Assembly: GCA_018401705.1 (NCBI GenBank)
Contig: JAGYKL010000008.1
Span: 11,688-75,687 of the forward strand
From: Bacteroidia bacterium
Lineage (GTDB): Bacteria; Bacteroidota; Bacteroidia; M30B66
DNA: 64,000 bases
Direction: 5' to 3'
Below, one piece after another: positions 1-8,702 of the stretch. Positions within the stretch are counted from its first letter, which is position 1. The number at the start of each line of letters is the position of its first letter. A program made the translations under genes and the position numbers. Under the pieces are notes generated by a model. It was not told where the DNA came from and did not search any database. It saw nothing but the letters and a program-made list of their open reading frames with translations.

Positions 1-148
1 AAAACTGCTTAGAAGGGTTAAGGTCGCCCATGTAGTAACCCACTCCACCAAATAAACCCAGTTCAGAGTATTTATTAAAAACCTGAGATTTCAATGAAAA
101 TGAAAAACACAGGAAAATAACAACTATAAGAGAAAGAGACCTCATCAT
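1..148 (-). CDS. DUF6089/PorG-family outer-membrane beta-barrel protein, 5' part (runs off window edge)
   Basis: Translated by hand from ATG at 148: MMRSLSLIVVIFLCFSFSLKSQVFNKYSELGLFGGVGYYMGDLNPSKQF. Signal peptide followed by the ELG.FGG..YY.GDL start typical of this family. Not in the ORF track because it is truncated. Confidence 0.75.
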   Translation of the reverse strand, partial: MMRSLSLIVVIFLCFSFSLKSQVFNKYSELGLFGGVGYYMGDLNPSKQF

Positions 149-182
149 GTTATTAATTGTATACTCTAGTAACGAAAAACTG

Positions 183-1109
183 TTACCTGAATTTTGGCAA
201 TACTGATTTTCCTGATTTTAATCTGTATGTAAGAGTGATGATGCCAAACATGTAAGCATCACGATCGGTTGGATCTCCTCTTTGCTGTCCAGTTACAGCA
301 GAACCTTTAATAAATCCGTCGTTGAATGGACTAGCTCTGTTCGAAAGCGCAGCCGCTACAGGACCATACTGATCAGCAATCAAGGTTGGAGAAAAATAAG
401 TTGTACTAACATCATCAATATAATCTGTTGTAGTAATCCTCATTCCATATTCAAAACCTATTGTCCAATTTTTATCATTCAAAGGAAAACGAAACCCAAA
501 ACCTACTGGAAAGCAAGCTTGATATCTTTTATAAGGCGTTCTGGAGGCAGCAATTCCCTGACCTTCTGTTCCTAAAGGTTGTAGAGCCCACCATCTTCCT
601 CCTAGGAGAGCTTTAGGGTTATAATAAAATCCGCCTACACCTGCAAAAAGGTAAAGGTTAAAGTCAATACCGCTTTTACCGCGAACTCCTTGAAGTTTAT
701 ATCGACTTTTCGTAGACTTTAACTGAATAAGCGAAACCTCAACCTGAAGTGATGTTTCGAAAATCGGAGATCTAAAACTTAAATTTCTGTTTCTTCTAAA
801 TTCTTCTCGTGTAAGACTGTCTCTTCCTGCAACCCTTCCATAATTTAAGTTGAGCTTGAATGACAATACCGGATTTTTTCTATATCTGAACCCAAGATGC
901 ACTGCAGGACGGGTCATGATAATTTCAAGATCCCTCAAGCCGTTGGTACCAAACTGGTCGGCACCACCTAGTTCACCGAGGAAATTGGTAAATCCAATCC
1001 CATAGGTACTCTCACATCGGTCTAAAAAACGACCTCTTCCTTTTCTTTGTGCTTCAGCCTGAATACTGAATCCAAGAATGATAAGCGATAATAGGAAATA
1101 CTTCCTCAT
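183..1109 (-). CDS. DUF6089-family outer-membrane beta-barrel protein
   Basis: Signal peptide; motifs NFLGELGG, RNRNLSFRS, LQPLGTEGQG, TDYIDDVS, QRGDP..RDAY. Lies downstream of NAD kinase as in other Bacteroidota. Confidence 0.8.
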   Translation of the reverse strand: MRKYFLLSLIILGFSIQAEAQRKGRGRFLDRCESTYGIGFTNFLGELGGADQFGTNGLRDLEIIMTRPAVHLGFRYRKNPVLSFKLNLNYGRVAGRDSLTREEFRRNRNLSFRSPIFETSLQVEVSLIQLKSTKSRYKLQGVRGKSGIDFNLYLFAGVGGFYYNPKALLGGRWWALQPLGTEGQGIAASRTPYKRYQACFPVGFGFRFPLNDKNWTIGFEYGMRITTTDYIDDVSTTYFSPTLIADQYGPVAAALSNRASPFNDGFIKGSAVTGQQRGDPTDRDAYMFGIITLTYRLKSGKSVLPKFR

Positions 1110-1175
1110 GTATATATAGATTTCAGCAATTAGGCAAATATACCAATTTTGAACTATGATAGATTAAGAATCTGT

Positions 1176-2057
1176 TTAGTTTCTTTTATCTGTGCCCCAA
1201 AGTAGCTTTTCACGTAAGGTCTTTAAGAAAGGTTGATCTGGTTTTCTTCCTAATAAAACATGAAAATCAGCCTTTTTAATTTTCACTTTTCTACTTGCTG
1301 GGAATGAAACTGACCTTGAATCCATTGAAAGAAGCAGGTTTTTTCCTCTCACTGCCGATTCGATTGTTAGTTCATTTGAATCGTCGATTACAAGCGGCCG
1401 AACGTTTAAATTATGAGGAGCAATAGGTGTTATAACAAGATTACTTGACTCGGGCATAAGGATAGGGCCTCCACAACTTAATGAATAACCCGTAGAGCCA
1501 GTTGGAGTTGATATTATCAAGCCGTCGGCCCAATAAGAATTCAATTTTTTATCGTTCATGGTAACATGAACAGTAATCATTGTTGAACTTTCTTTTTTAT
1601 GAAAAGTAACTTCATTCAGAGCAAATGGAAAGTCGCCAAATGGCTCGCCTTCAGCGATTAATTCTACTAATGTTCTTTTATCAATATGATAACTTCCTTC
1701 TACGGCACACTCAACAGCTTCTCTTACTTCATCTTTTGAAAAACTTGATAAAAATCCTAATCGTCCAGTGTTAATTCCTAAAACGGGAATCTCTATATCT
1801 CTTATATGAGTAACAGCTTCAAGCAATGTCCCATCTCCACCAACAGTAAGCATGCACTTGCAATGCTTAGAAGCTAGCTCTTCTGCATTCTTATATGAAG
1901 ATACTTTTAGGCCTTCAGGAATAAGATGCTGTGCTGCTTTAAGAAAAGGTGCATAAAAACAAGCCTCTTCGTTGAATTCACTTAAGTAATTGCAGAGATC
2001 AACAATTACTTTCTTACGAGTGTCGCTAATGGAACGGCCAAAAATGGCAATGGGCAT
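1176..2057 (-). CDS. nadK: NAD kinase
   Basis: GGDGT, GINTGRLGFL, ALNE and DGLIISTPTGSTGYSLSCGGP motifs. Confidence 0.97.
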   Translation of the reverse strand: MPIAIFGRSISDTRKKVIVDLCNYLSEFNEEACFYAPFLKAAQHLIPEGLKVSSYKNAEELASKHCKCMLTVGGDGTLLEAVTHIRDIEIPVLGINTGRLGFLSSFSKDEVREAVECAVEGSYHIDKRTLVELIAEGEPFGDFPFALNEVTFHKKESSTMITVHVTMNDKKLNSYWADGLIISTPTGSTGYSLSCGGPILMPESSNLVITPIAPHNLNVRPLVIDDSNELTIESAVRGKNLLLSMDSRSVSFPASRKVKIKKADFHVLLGRKPDQPFLKTLREKLLWGTDKRN

Positions 2058-2115
2058 AACCGCTAATTTATTAGCGAAAATAGTCGTTTTAATTCTGAAA
2101 CTGAAAACTATGAAT

Positions 2116-2778
2116 TTACATGTTGATGTAGTTCATAAACAAATCAAATCTATTCCTCAAATCTTCAGAAAATTCACTTTGCTGAAAAGAAGCCTTAACA
2201 TCTAAATTGTAACGCTGAAAAGAAGCTAAAATGGCACGTATGTCTTCACGATTCACTTTAATAGTTAGCTCAATTCTAGTAGAATCAGAATGATCGCTAA
2301 TGTAAAGACTCATAATTTTCGCATCGTTTTCTTCTACAATTCTGGCGATTTGTGAAAGAGAATAGTCGTTCTGATTAAGTTCAAGAATAATTATTCCTCC
2401 AGGATGCTGAACGGATGCAGTAGAAGAGAAATGCTCTACAAGACTTCTCAAACTAATATTTCCCAGATAATGATTATGATCATCAAGAACTGGAATAAGA
2501 GTAAGCTGCATTTTGGCCGCAAGTTTCAACACTTCATAGATATGCTCCTTGGCATGCACAAATGGCCTAATAAGTGAAAGTGGATGATTGCCTAATGGAG
2601 CTTCTGGTTCATTCAAGTCCAAAATATCAGAATCTGAAATGAGCCCAAGAAACTCATTGTTATTCACTATAGGCAAATGAGAGACACGAAATTCATCCAT
2701 CCACGTAAGCGCCTTCAAGCCAGAGTCGGAGGTTTTAAGTGGTGGTATTGTTTCTGAAATTAAGTCTTCTGATAACAT
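2116..2778 (-). CDS. CBS domain-containing protein (CBS pair plus C-terminal ACT-like domain)
   Basis: Tandem CBS motifs (SHLPIVN..FLGLIS; LIPVLD...YLGNIS); conserved position upstream of nadK. Confidence 0.88.
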   Translation of the reverse strand: MLSEDLISETIPPLKTSDSGLKALTWMDEFRVSHLPIVNNNEFLGLISDSDILDLNEPEAPLGNHPLSLIRPFVHAKEHIYEVLKLAAKMQLTLIPVLDDHNHYLGNISLRSLVEHFSSTASVQHPGGIIILELNQNDYSLSQIARIVEENDAKIMSLYISDHSDSTRIELTIKVNREDIRAILASFQRYNLDVKASFQQSEFSEDLRNRFDLFMNYINM

Positions 2779-2914
2779 ATTCGCATTTCTATCTGTTAAT
2801 CAAAACGAATGCCTTGCTTTATTGTTTCAGCAAGCATGACAAACGTATGGAAAATTTTAGCTTTTCAATTGAACCAGTTCTTGTTTTATACTTTTGCACT
2901 TTTAGAAAAAGTAT

Positions 2915-3628
2915 ATGGTAAAACTTAGCGTCAATATTAATAAAATTGCTTTGCTCAGAAACTCGAGGGGGGCCAATATACCTGATTTAATAAAAGCAGC
3001 GCTCGATTGTGAACGTTTTGGTGCTCAGGGAATCACAGTCCATCCAAGACCAGATCAAAGACATATTACTTACGAAGATGTGAAGAATCTAAAGGAAACA
3101 ATAAAAACAGAATTAAATGTTGAAGGTTACCCCTCCAAAGATTTTATGAATGTAGTTTTAGATGTGAAGCCTCAACAAGTTACGTTAGTCCCTGATGCTC
3201 CTGATGCTCTGACTTCAAATGCAGGCTGGGATACTATTGAAAATAAATCTTTTCTAACAGACATAATTGGTCAGTTAAAGGCGAAAGGTATTAGAACCTC
3301 AATATTTCTTGATACTGATGAACGTCTTTGTGAAGCTGCTGCATTAACAGGTGCCGACCGAATTGAACTTTATACAGAAGATTATGCTAAAGGCTATCAT
3401 ATTGATCGAGAGAAGGTTGTAAAACCTTATTCAAACATAGCCAAACTTGCCAATTCTCTTAACCTTGGTGTGAATGCAGGTCATGATTTAAACGATGAAA
3501 ACCTTGCTTTTTTTAAGGAGCACGTACCTTATCTTGAAGAGGTTTCTATCGGACATGCTCTTATTTCGCAAGCATTGTATTTGGGATTAGAAAACACCAT
3601 TCAAAGATATTTGTACCAGCTCAAATGA
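2915..3628 (+). CDS. pdxJ: Pyridoxine 5'-phosphate synthase
   Basis: LSVNINKIALLRNSR, GITVHPRPDQRHI, NAGHDL and EVSIGHALI motifs. Confidence 0.97.
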   Translation: MVKLSVNINKIALLRNSRGANIPDLIKAALDCERFGAQGITVHPRPDQRHITYEDVKNLKETIKTELNVEGYPSKDFMNVVLDVKPQQVTLVPDAPDALTSNAGWDTIENKSFLTDIIGQLKAKGIRTSIFLDTDERLCEAAALTGADRIELYTEDYAKGYHIDREKVVKPYSNIAKLANSLNLGVNAGHDLNDENLAFFKEHVPYLEEVSIGHALISQALYLGLENTIQRYLYQLK

Positions 3629-4395
3629 TATTATTTTCAAGAACTTATGGGGAAAACGGCCCCGTGTTAGTGATATTACACGGTCTGTTTGGGCAAAGTG
3701 ACAACTGGGCAGGAATTGCACGGAAATTATCTGATACTTATCGCATCTACACTTTAGATTTAAGAAATCACGGAGAGTCAGATCATAGTGATGAATTTAG
3801 CTATGATTTAATGGCTGAAGATGTGATTGAAACTTTGGAAGCTGCTTTTCTTGAAGATGTTCATTTGCTGGGTCATAGCATGGGAGGGAAAGTAGCAATG
3901 GTTGTTGCTCAAAGAAAACCTGAGCTTTTGTCGAGCTTGCTAGTTGCTGATATAGCACCAAAATATTACAAGCCTCATCATCAGGAAATTTTAGCTGGAC
4001 TTAATGCATTAAATCCAGCTGAGATTGCTTCAAGAAACGAAGCAGAAGAAGTTCTGAAGAAACAAATACCTGATTTTGGCACAAGACAGTTTTTGCTAAA
4101 GAATCTTGGGAGAAAAGAAGATAACAGCTTCGAATGGAAATTTAATTTAAAAACTATTACAGAAAAAATAGCTGGAATTGGGAAAGCCACAGATTCAGTA
4201 GAATCAGATGTTCCCACACTTTTTTATAAAGGAGAAAAGAGCAATTATATCAAAGAGGAAGATTATGAAAACATAATTTCTCTATTTCCTAATGCAGAAT
4301 TTAAAACAATGGACGGTGCCGGACACTGGCTTCATGCAGAGAATCCGAGTGAAATGGTGAAGACTATCAGAGAATGGATATCAAAGAATGAATAA
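3625..4395 (+). CDS. Alpha/beta hydrolase (YbfF-like esterase)
   Basis: LHGLFG, DLRNHG, GHSMGG nucleophile elbow, AGHWLHAE. ATGA overlap with pdxJ. Confidence 0.9.
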   Translation: MILFSRTYGENGPVLVILHGLFGQSDNWAGIARKLSDTYRIYTLDLRNHGESDHSDEFSYDLMAEDVIETLEAAFLEDVHLLGHSMGGKVAMVVAQRKPELLSSLLVADIAPKYYKPHHQEILAGLNALNPAEIASRNEAEEVLKKQIPDFGTRQFLLKNLGRKEDNSFEWKFNLKTITEKIAGIGKATDSVESDVPTLFYKGEKSNYIKEEDYENIISLFPNAEFKTMDGAGHWLHAENPSEMVKTIREWISKNE

Positions 4396-4467
4396 AAAAG
4401 CCAGCTTTCGCCGGCTTATGTTGGTTCAATTATTATATACTTATTAGTCAGTTATAACGACTTATGT
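4393..4467 (-). ncRNA. Candidate ~75-nt small RNA
   Basis: Lies between a near-consensus -7 element (CATATTTG, minus strand 4478-4471) and the minus-strand terminator at 4394-4417. Contains no ATG; both flanking genes are on the plus strand. Confidence 0.4.
4394..4417 (-). terminator. Intrinsic terminator oriented on the minus strand
   Basis: Minus strand reads AAGCCGGC-GAAA-GCUGGCUU-UUUU: 8-bp stem with one G-U pair, GNRA loop, U tract. On the plus strand the stem has an A-C mismatch and no U tract. Confidence 0.75.
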
Positions 4468-4590
4468 ATACAAATATGTAAATTTTTGTGACAACAAACA
4501 AGTCCCAAATACATCGCTGATATAACCCAAAATGAAAATTTGAATGTTAGATACAAATACAAAAATCTTAAGATTCATTTCGAAATGAAT

Positions 4591-4598
4591 TAGTTTTG
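4591..4598 (+). promoter_or_regulatory. Bacteroidota housekeeping -7 element (TAnnTTTG) of trpS
   Basis: TAGTTTTG, 4 nt before the trpS ATG. Confidence 0.7.
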
Positions 4599-4602
4599 CA
4601 GC

Positions 4603-5595
4603 ATGGAAACGGTAGTAAGCGGGATACGCAGCACAGGCAATCTGCACATTGGTAACTATTTTGGAGCGATTAAGAACTTCATACGCATGCAAGAAGAGCA
4701 TAATTGCTTCTTTTTTATTGCAGATATGCACGCTTTAACTACACATCCTAAATCTGAAGACTTCAAGCAAAGTGTTAAGAATGTTGTTGTAGAATATTTG
4801 GCTGTTGGGCTTGATCCAGAAAAAAGCACCATCTATATCCAAAGTGATGTACCTCAAATTTCAGAGCTTTACCTCTTAATGAATATGTATGCTTATGTTG
4901 GCGAGCTTGAAAGATGTACATCATTTAAAGATAAAATCCGAAAGCACCCCGATAATATAAACGCGGGTTTACTCACCTACCCTGTTCTGATGGCTTCAGA
5001 TATTATAATCCACAAAGCAACAAAAGTGCCTGTAGGAAAAGATCAGGAGCAGCATCTCGAAATGGCGAGGAACTTTGTAAATCGATTCAATCACTTATAT
5101 AACGTTGATTATTTCCCTGAACCATACGCATTTAACTTTGGAGAAAATTTAGTAAAAGTTCCTGGTTTAGATGGTTCTGGAAAAATGGGGAAAAGTGAGG
5201 GAGAAGGCAATGCAATATTTTTATCAGAAGATCCAGCATCCATCAGGAAGAAAATCATGCGTGCGGTGAGCGACAGCGGTCCAACAGAGGCTAATCAGCC
5301 CAAAACGGAAGCTATTCAGAACCTATTTACTTTGATGAGTCTAGTAAGTAAGCCCGAAACAATAAGTTTCTTTGAAAATGAATATAATGGATGTTCTATT
5401 CGTTACGGCGATATGAAAAAGCAACTAGCCGAGGATATGATTGCCTTTACAGCTCCTTTAAAAGATGAGATAGAAAAGCTTCATTCAAATGAGAAATACC
5501 TTAATGAAGTTATCGCCTACGGCGGAGAAAAAGCCAGAGAGAGTGCTTCAAAAACCCTAAAAGAGGTGAGAGAAATTATAGGCTTTATGCATTAA
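4603..5595 (+). CDS. trpS: Tryptophan--tRNA ligase
   Basis: HIGN (HIGH motif), TYPVLMASDI, VPVGKDQEQHLE, KMGKS (KMSKS motif). Confidence 0.98.
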   Translation: METVVSGIRSTGNLHIGNYFGAIKNFIRMQEEHNCFFFIADMHALTTHPKSEDFKQSVKNVVVEYLAVGLDPEKSTIYIQSDVPQISELYLLMNMYAYVGELERCTSFKDKIRKHPDNINAGLLTYPVLMASDIIIHKATKVPVGKDQEQHLEMARNFVNRFNHLYNVDYFPEPYAFNFGENLVKVPGLDGSGKMGKSEGEGNAIFLSEDPASIRKKIMRAVSDSGPTEANQPKTEAIQNLFTLMSLVSKPETISFFENEYNGCSIRYGDMKKQLAEDMIAFTAPLKDEIEKLHSNEKYLNEVIAYGGEKARESASKTLKEVREIIGFMH

Positions 5596-5603
5596 TTAAG
5601 GAT

Positions 5604-6098
5604 ATGTCGGGCACGCTTCTATTTTCATCGGATATTACAGATAGAAATTCCAGATTCCTGGAATTTATTCCTCAATGGCGCTCTATTATTCATGGCGAAA
5701 AGGATGAGATTGCTTGCCTTGCTAATACATGCTCGGCTATCATGGAGGCATTTTCGTTCCACTGGGTTGGATTTTACAGAGTGATTATTCATGAACTTGT
5801 TTTAGGCCCATTTCAAGGCCCAGTTGCATGTACAAGAATTGCAAAAGGGAAAGGTGTTTGCGGAACCTCTTGGATGGCCAATGAAAGTATTGTAGTTGCT
5901 GACGTAGATAAATTCCCCGATCATATTGCCTGCAGTGCCTTGTCAAAATCTGAACTTGTGATTCCATTAAGAGATAAAAATGGAAATGTTATAGCCATTT
6001 TAGACATTGATAGTGTCAAATACAATGATTTCAGCATTGAAGATCTTGCATCTTTTGAATTCATTTGCAGAGAACTTGAGAAACAAATTTACCATTGA
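5604..6098 (+). CDS. msrC: GAF-domain free methionine-(R)-sulfoxide reductase
   Basis: WVGFY, LGPFQGPVAC, GKGVCG, HIACS, SELVIP and LDIDS motifs with the catalytic cysteines. Confidence 0.88.
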   Translation: MSGTLLFSSDITDRNSRFLEFIPQWRSIIHGEKDEIACLANTCSAIMEAFSFHWVGFYRVIIHELVLGPFQGPVACTRIAKGKGVCGTSWMANESIVVADVDKFPDHIACSALSKSELVIPLRDKNGNVIAILDIDSVKYNDFSIEDLASFEFICRELEKQIYH

Positions 6099-7759
6099 AG
6101 GTCTGGCCAAGTTATTATGTTTACATTTTGATACTTTGCATCCTTTGGGGATGTGCGAGCAGAGTTGCACCTGATGGTGGTCCAAGAGATAAAACGGCTC
6201 CTGAAGTAGTATCAACCATTCCAAGTCAGCAGACTCTAAATATCAAACCTAAAAAAGTAGAATTTGAGTTTAATGAATTCATTCAGCTAAAGGATGGAGG
6301 GAGTGGAATTCTAATTTCCCCTCCATTAAGAAATCAACCACAGGCTCTATTACAAGGCAAAAGCTTAATCCTTAAATTTGATGAAGAACTTGATGACTCT
6401 ACTACATATACTATCACTGTTTCTTCCTCGGTTGCCGATCTTACTGAAGGAAATTTATTAGAGCCGTACTCTTTAGTGTTTTCAACAGGAAACATTCTTG
6501 ATTCACTTAGTTGCTACGGCATTGTGAAGGATGCTTTCACAGGCAAAGCCTTGAAGGATGCATTAGTACTTATATATACTTCTAACGAAGACAGCTTGCC
6601 TAAAACTACCTTGCCAAGATATTTTGCAAAAACCAATGAAGCGGGGGAATATTTCATCAGAAACATGAAACAGGATGAATATACGGCCTTTGCCATAAAG
6701 GATGCCAATTCGAATTATTTGTATGATCAACCGGGTGAAAGTATTGGGTTCCCAGATATGTCTATTAAAATCGATTCTCAAAACGTTCCTATTCCGACAA
6801 TAAATTTATCGGTAGAAACACCTAAAAAACAAAGGCTGATTAAAAATTCGTTTAGCGCTCCTTTCACCATTGAACTTAAGTATGCATTGACACCTGACTC
6901 GATAGTATTAAGAGGGTTTGATGGAGAAGAAATCAACTACAACAAATCAAAAGAATCAGCGTCAGATTCACTGATACTTCATCTAGAAAGAATAACTAGA
7001 GATAGCATTAAGTTATATGCATACAACAGCATTGGAACAAGCGTTCAAATTGACACCTTAGAGTATAAAACAAAATCGACTTTAATGGCTGGCTCAAAAT
7101 CTAGGAGAAAACAAACTGCGGATACAAGTTTGAAGGTAACCACCAATATTGACAAAGGCAAATTACTTCCAAGTTCAAATTTTGAAATAAACACTTCTTT
7201 CCCATCAATTTTATCTGACACTCTACTTACCTATTGGAGAATAGAAAATGATACTACGGAGGCAGTAATCAAAGTTGGAAAAGACCCATACACATTTTCT
7301 GCAGAACCTCCTTTGGCGCAGGGAAGGGCTATAGAATTTATTGCATTTCCTGGAGCGTTTAAAGATATTTATGGCAACATCTCCGACACACTTCGGGTCG
7401 ACTTTAGGCGCATGGACATGGAAGAAACAGGCAATATCGAGCTGCTCTTCGAAAATAAAGGAGAAGAGTCAAAAGGTTTGATACTTGAAATTCTTGACTC
7501 GAAGAAAAAGATTGTATATAAGAATATACTGCAAAGAAGTGATAGTTTGTTTATCAGTGAGCTCAATCCTGGCAGTTATTCACTACGAATCATAGATGAT
7601 AAAAATTTGAATGGCGCATGGGATCCAGTGAACTACGATACCAAAGAGCAAGCTGAGTTAGTTTATTATTATTCTGAAGAAATCTCAGTAAGGGCAGGTT
7701 GGGATATTTCGGTGGAGTGGATCATTAGGAAAAATAAGAAGCTAAAATTAAAGGAATAA
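6095..7759 (+). CDS. Ig-like (Big_5) domain lipoprotein
   Basis: TTG start, lipobox LWGC, then ASRVAPDGGPRD.TAP and F.FNEFIQL; D.N.NG.WD near the C-terminus. Resembles a conserved Bacteroidota family. Confidence 0.8.
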   Translation: MKVWPSYYVYILILCILWGCASRVAPDGGPRDKTAPEVVSTIPSQQTLNIKPKKVEFEFNEFIQLKDGGSGILISPPLRNQPQALLQGKSLILKFDEELDDSTTYTITVSSSVADLTEGNLLEPYSLVFSTGNILDSLSCYGIVKDAFTGKALKDALVLIYTSNEDSLPKTTLPRYFAKTNEAGEYFIRNMKQDEYTAFAIKDANSNYLYDQPGESIGFPDMSIKIDSQNVPIPTINLSVETPKKQRLIKNSFSAPFTIELKYALTPDSIVLRGFDGEEINYNKSKESASDSLILHLERITRDSIKLYAYNSIGTSVQIDTLEYKTKSTLMAGSKSRRKQTADTSLKVTTNIDKGKLLPSSNFEINTSFPSILSDTLLTYWRIENDTTEAVIKVGKDPYTFSAEPPLAQGRAIEFIAFPGAFKDIYGNISDTLRVDFRRMDMEETGNIELLFENKGEESKGLILEILDSKKKIVYKNILQRSDSLFISELNPGSYSLRIIDDKNLNGAWDPVNYDTKEQAELVYYYSEEISVRAGWDISVEWIIRKNKKLKLKE

Positions 7760-7780
7760 AAAAGGCCGGTTTAACCGGCC
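7758..7780 (-). terminator. Intrinsic terminator for the zinc metallopeptidase gene
   Basis: GGCCGGT-TTA-ACCGGCC hairpin preceded by an A6 run (U tract on minus strand), between convergent genes. Confidence 0.8.
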
Positions 7781-7806
7781 CGAATTAGAAATTAAATGAT
7801 TATCAA

Positions 7807-8487
7807 TTAGTTTCTTCTTCCCATAAAAATGGAAACATAATAAAGTAAGGTTGCTAATGAACCAATAGCTGCAACTACATAAGTCATTGCTGCCCAATTA
7901 AGTGCATCTTTTGCTTTTTCATGTTCAACACCTTGCGATATCCTGCTTCCATTTAGCCAAACCAAGGCTCTCTTTGATGCATCAAATTCAACAGGCAATG
8001 TGATAAAGCTGAATAATGTAGTAAAAGCAAACATTACTATTCCCGCAAGAAGTAAATAAGGAAATGCGGAAATAAGCAAAATTCCCGCTAGAAGCACCCA
8101 TTGCATAATGGAAGATGAAAATTGAACTACAGGCACTAAGGCTGATCTCATATTTAACCAAGCATATGCCTTAGCATGCTGTACAGCATGTCCACATTCA
8201 TGTGCGGCAACTGCTGCAGAAGCTACGCTTCTACCGTTATATACTTCAGGACTTAGGTTAATCGTTTTCTTAACAGGATTATAGTGATCAGAGAGAAAGC
8301 CTTCAACTGAAATGACCTTCACATCAGAAATTCCGTTATCAAGAAGCATCTTCTCAGCAATCTCTTTTCCGCTTAATCCCGAGGCAATTGGAACCTCTGC
8401 ATATTCTTTGAATTTGCTCTTTAAACGATAACTCACATACCAGGACGCTCCCATCACTAGTATCATTATTAAAAATATTCCGCTCAT
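7807..8487 (-). CDS. YugP-like membrane zinc metallopeptidase
   Basis: LSDHYNP, AAVAAHECGHAVQH (HExxH), TLPVEFDASKRA, AAMTYV. Start placed at ATG 8487 (MSGIFLIM) instead of 8538. Confidence 0.9.
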   Translation of the reverse strand: MSGIFLIMILVMGASWYVSYRLKSKFKEYAEVPIASGLSGKEIAEKMLLDNGISDVKVISVEGFLSDHYNPVKKTINLSPEVYNGRSVASAAVAAHECGHAVQHAKAYAWLNMRSALVPVVQFSSSIMQWVLLAGILLISAFPYLLLAGIVMFAFTTLFSFITLPVEFDASKRALVWLNGSRISQGVEHEKAKDALNWAAMTYVVAAIGSLATLLYYVSIFMGRRN

Positions 8488-8521
8488 GTATGTATATCTA
8501 TATTTTGATGCAAATATCTTA

Positions 8522-8537
8522 TCAATTCCTGTTCCCA
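8522..8537 (-). promoter_or_regulatory. Possible sigma54-type promoter for the yugP-like gene
   Basis: Minus strand TGGGAACAGGAATTGA gives GG-N10-GA about 35 nt above the ATG. A degenerate -7 element (GATATTTG) nearby is an alternative explanation. Confidence 0.35.
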
Positions 8538-8599
8538 ATTAGGTCTCTCCTTAATTTTATAACTTTTTGACATATCAATAATCTTTTCGAAAAGATTCT

Positions 8600-8674
8600 G
8601 GTAAAAACGTCAGAGAAGAAAAGAGAAAGATGCCATATTGTCATCGGCAAAGGCACGAATCCGCCATTATGTCT
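8600..8674. promoter_or_regulatory. Three phased TG(A/C)C-N5-GTCA-like boxes (putative activator sites)
   Basis: GGTA-AAAAC-GTCA (8600), TGCC-ATATT-GTCA (8631), CGCC-ATTAT-GTCT (8662): exact 31-bp period. Confidence 0.5.
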
Positions 8675-8687
8675 TGTTTTTCTTCAA

Positions 8688-8702
8688 TGGAATGTAAGTT
8701 GA
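8688..8702 (+). promoter_or_regulatory. Sigma54 (RpoN)-type -24/-12 promoter of hsp20
   Basis: TGGAATGTAAGTTGA gives GG-N10-GA. No TAnnTTTG element seen before hsp20. Confidence 0.55.

Noticed and set aside
4462-4731. 89-aa minus-strand ORF that might explain the orphan terminator
   Set aside because: It is half antisense to trpS and has no protein-like features. It cannot be fully excluded, but a non-coding RNA fits better.
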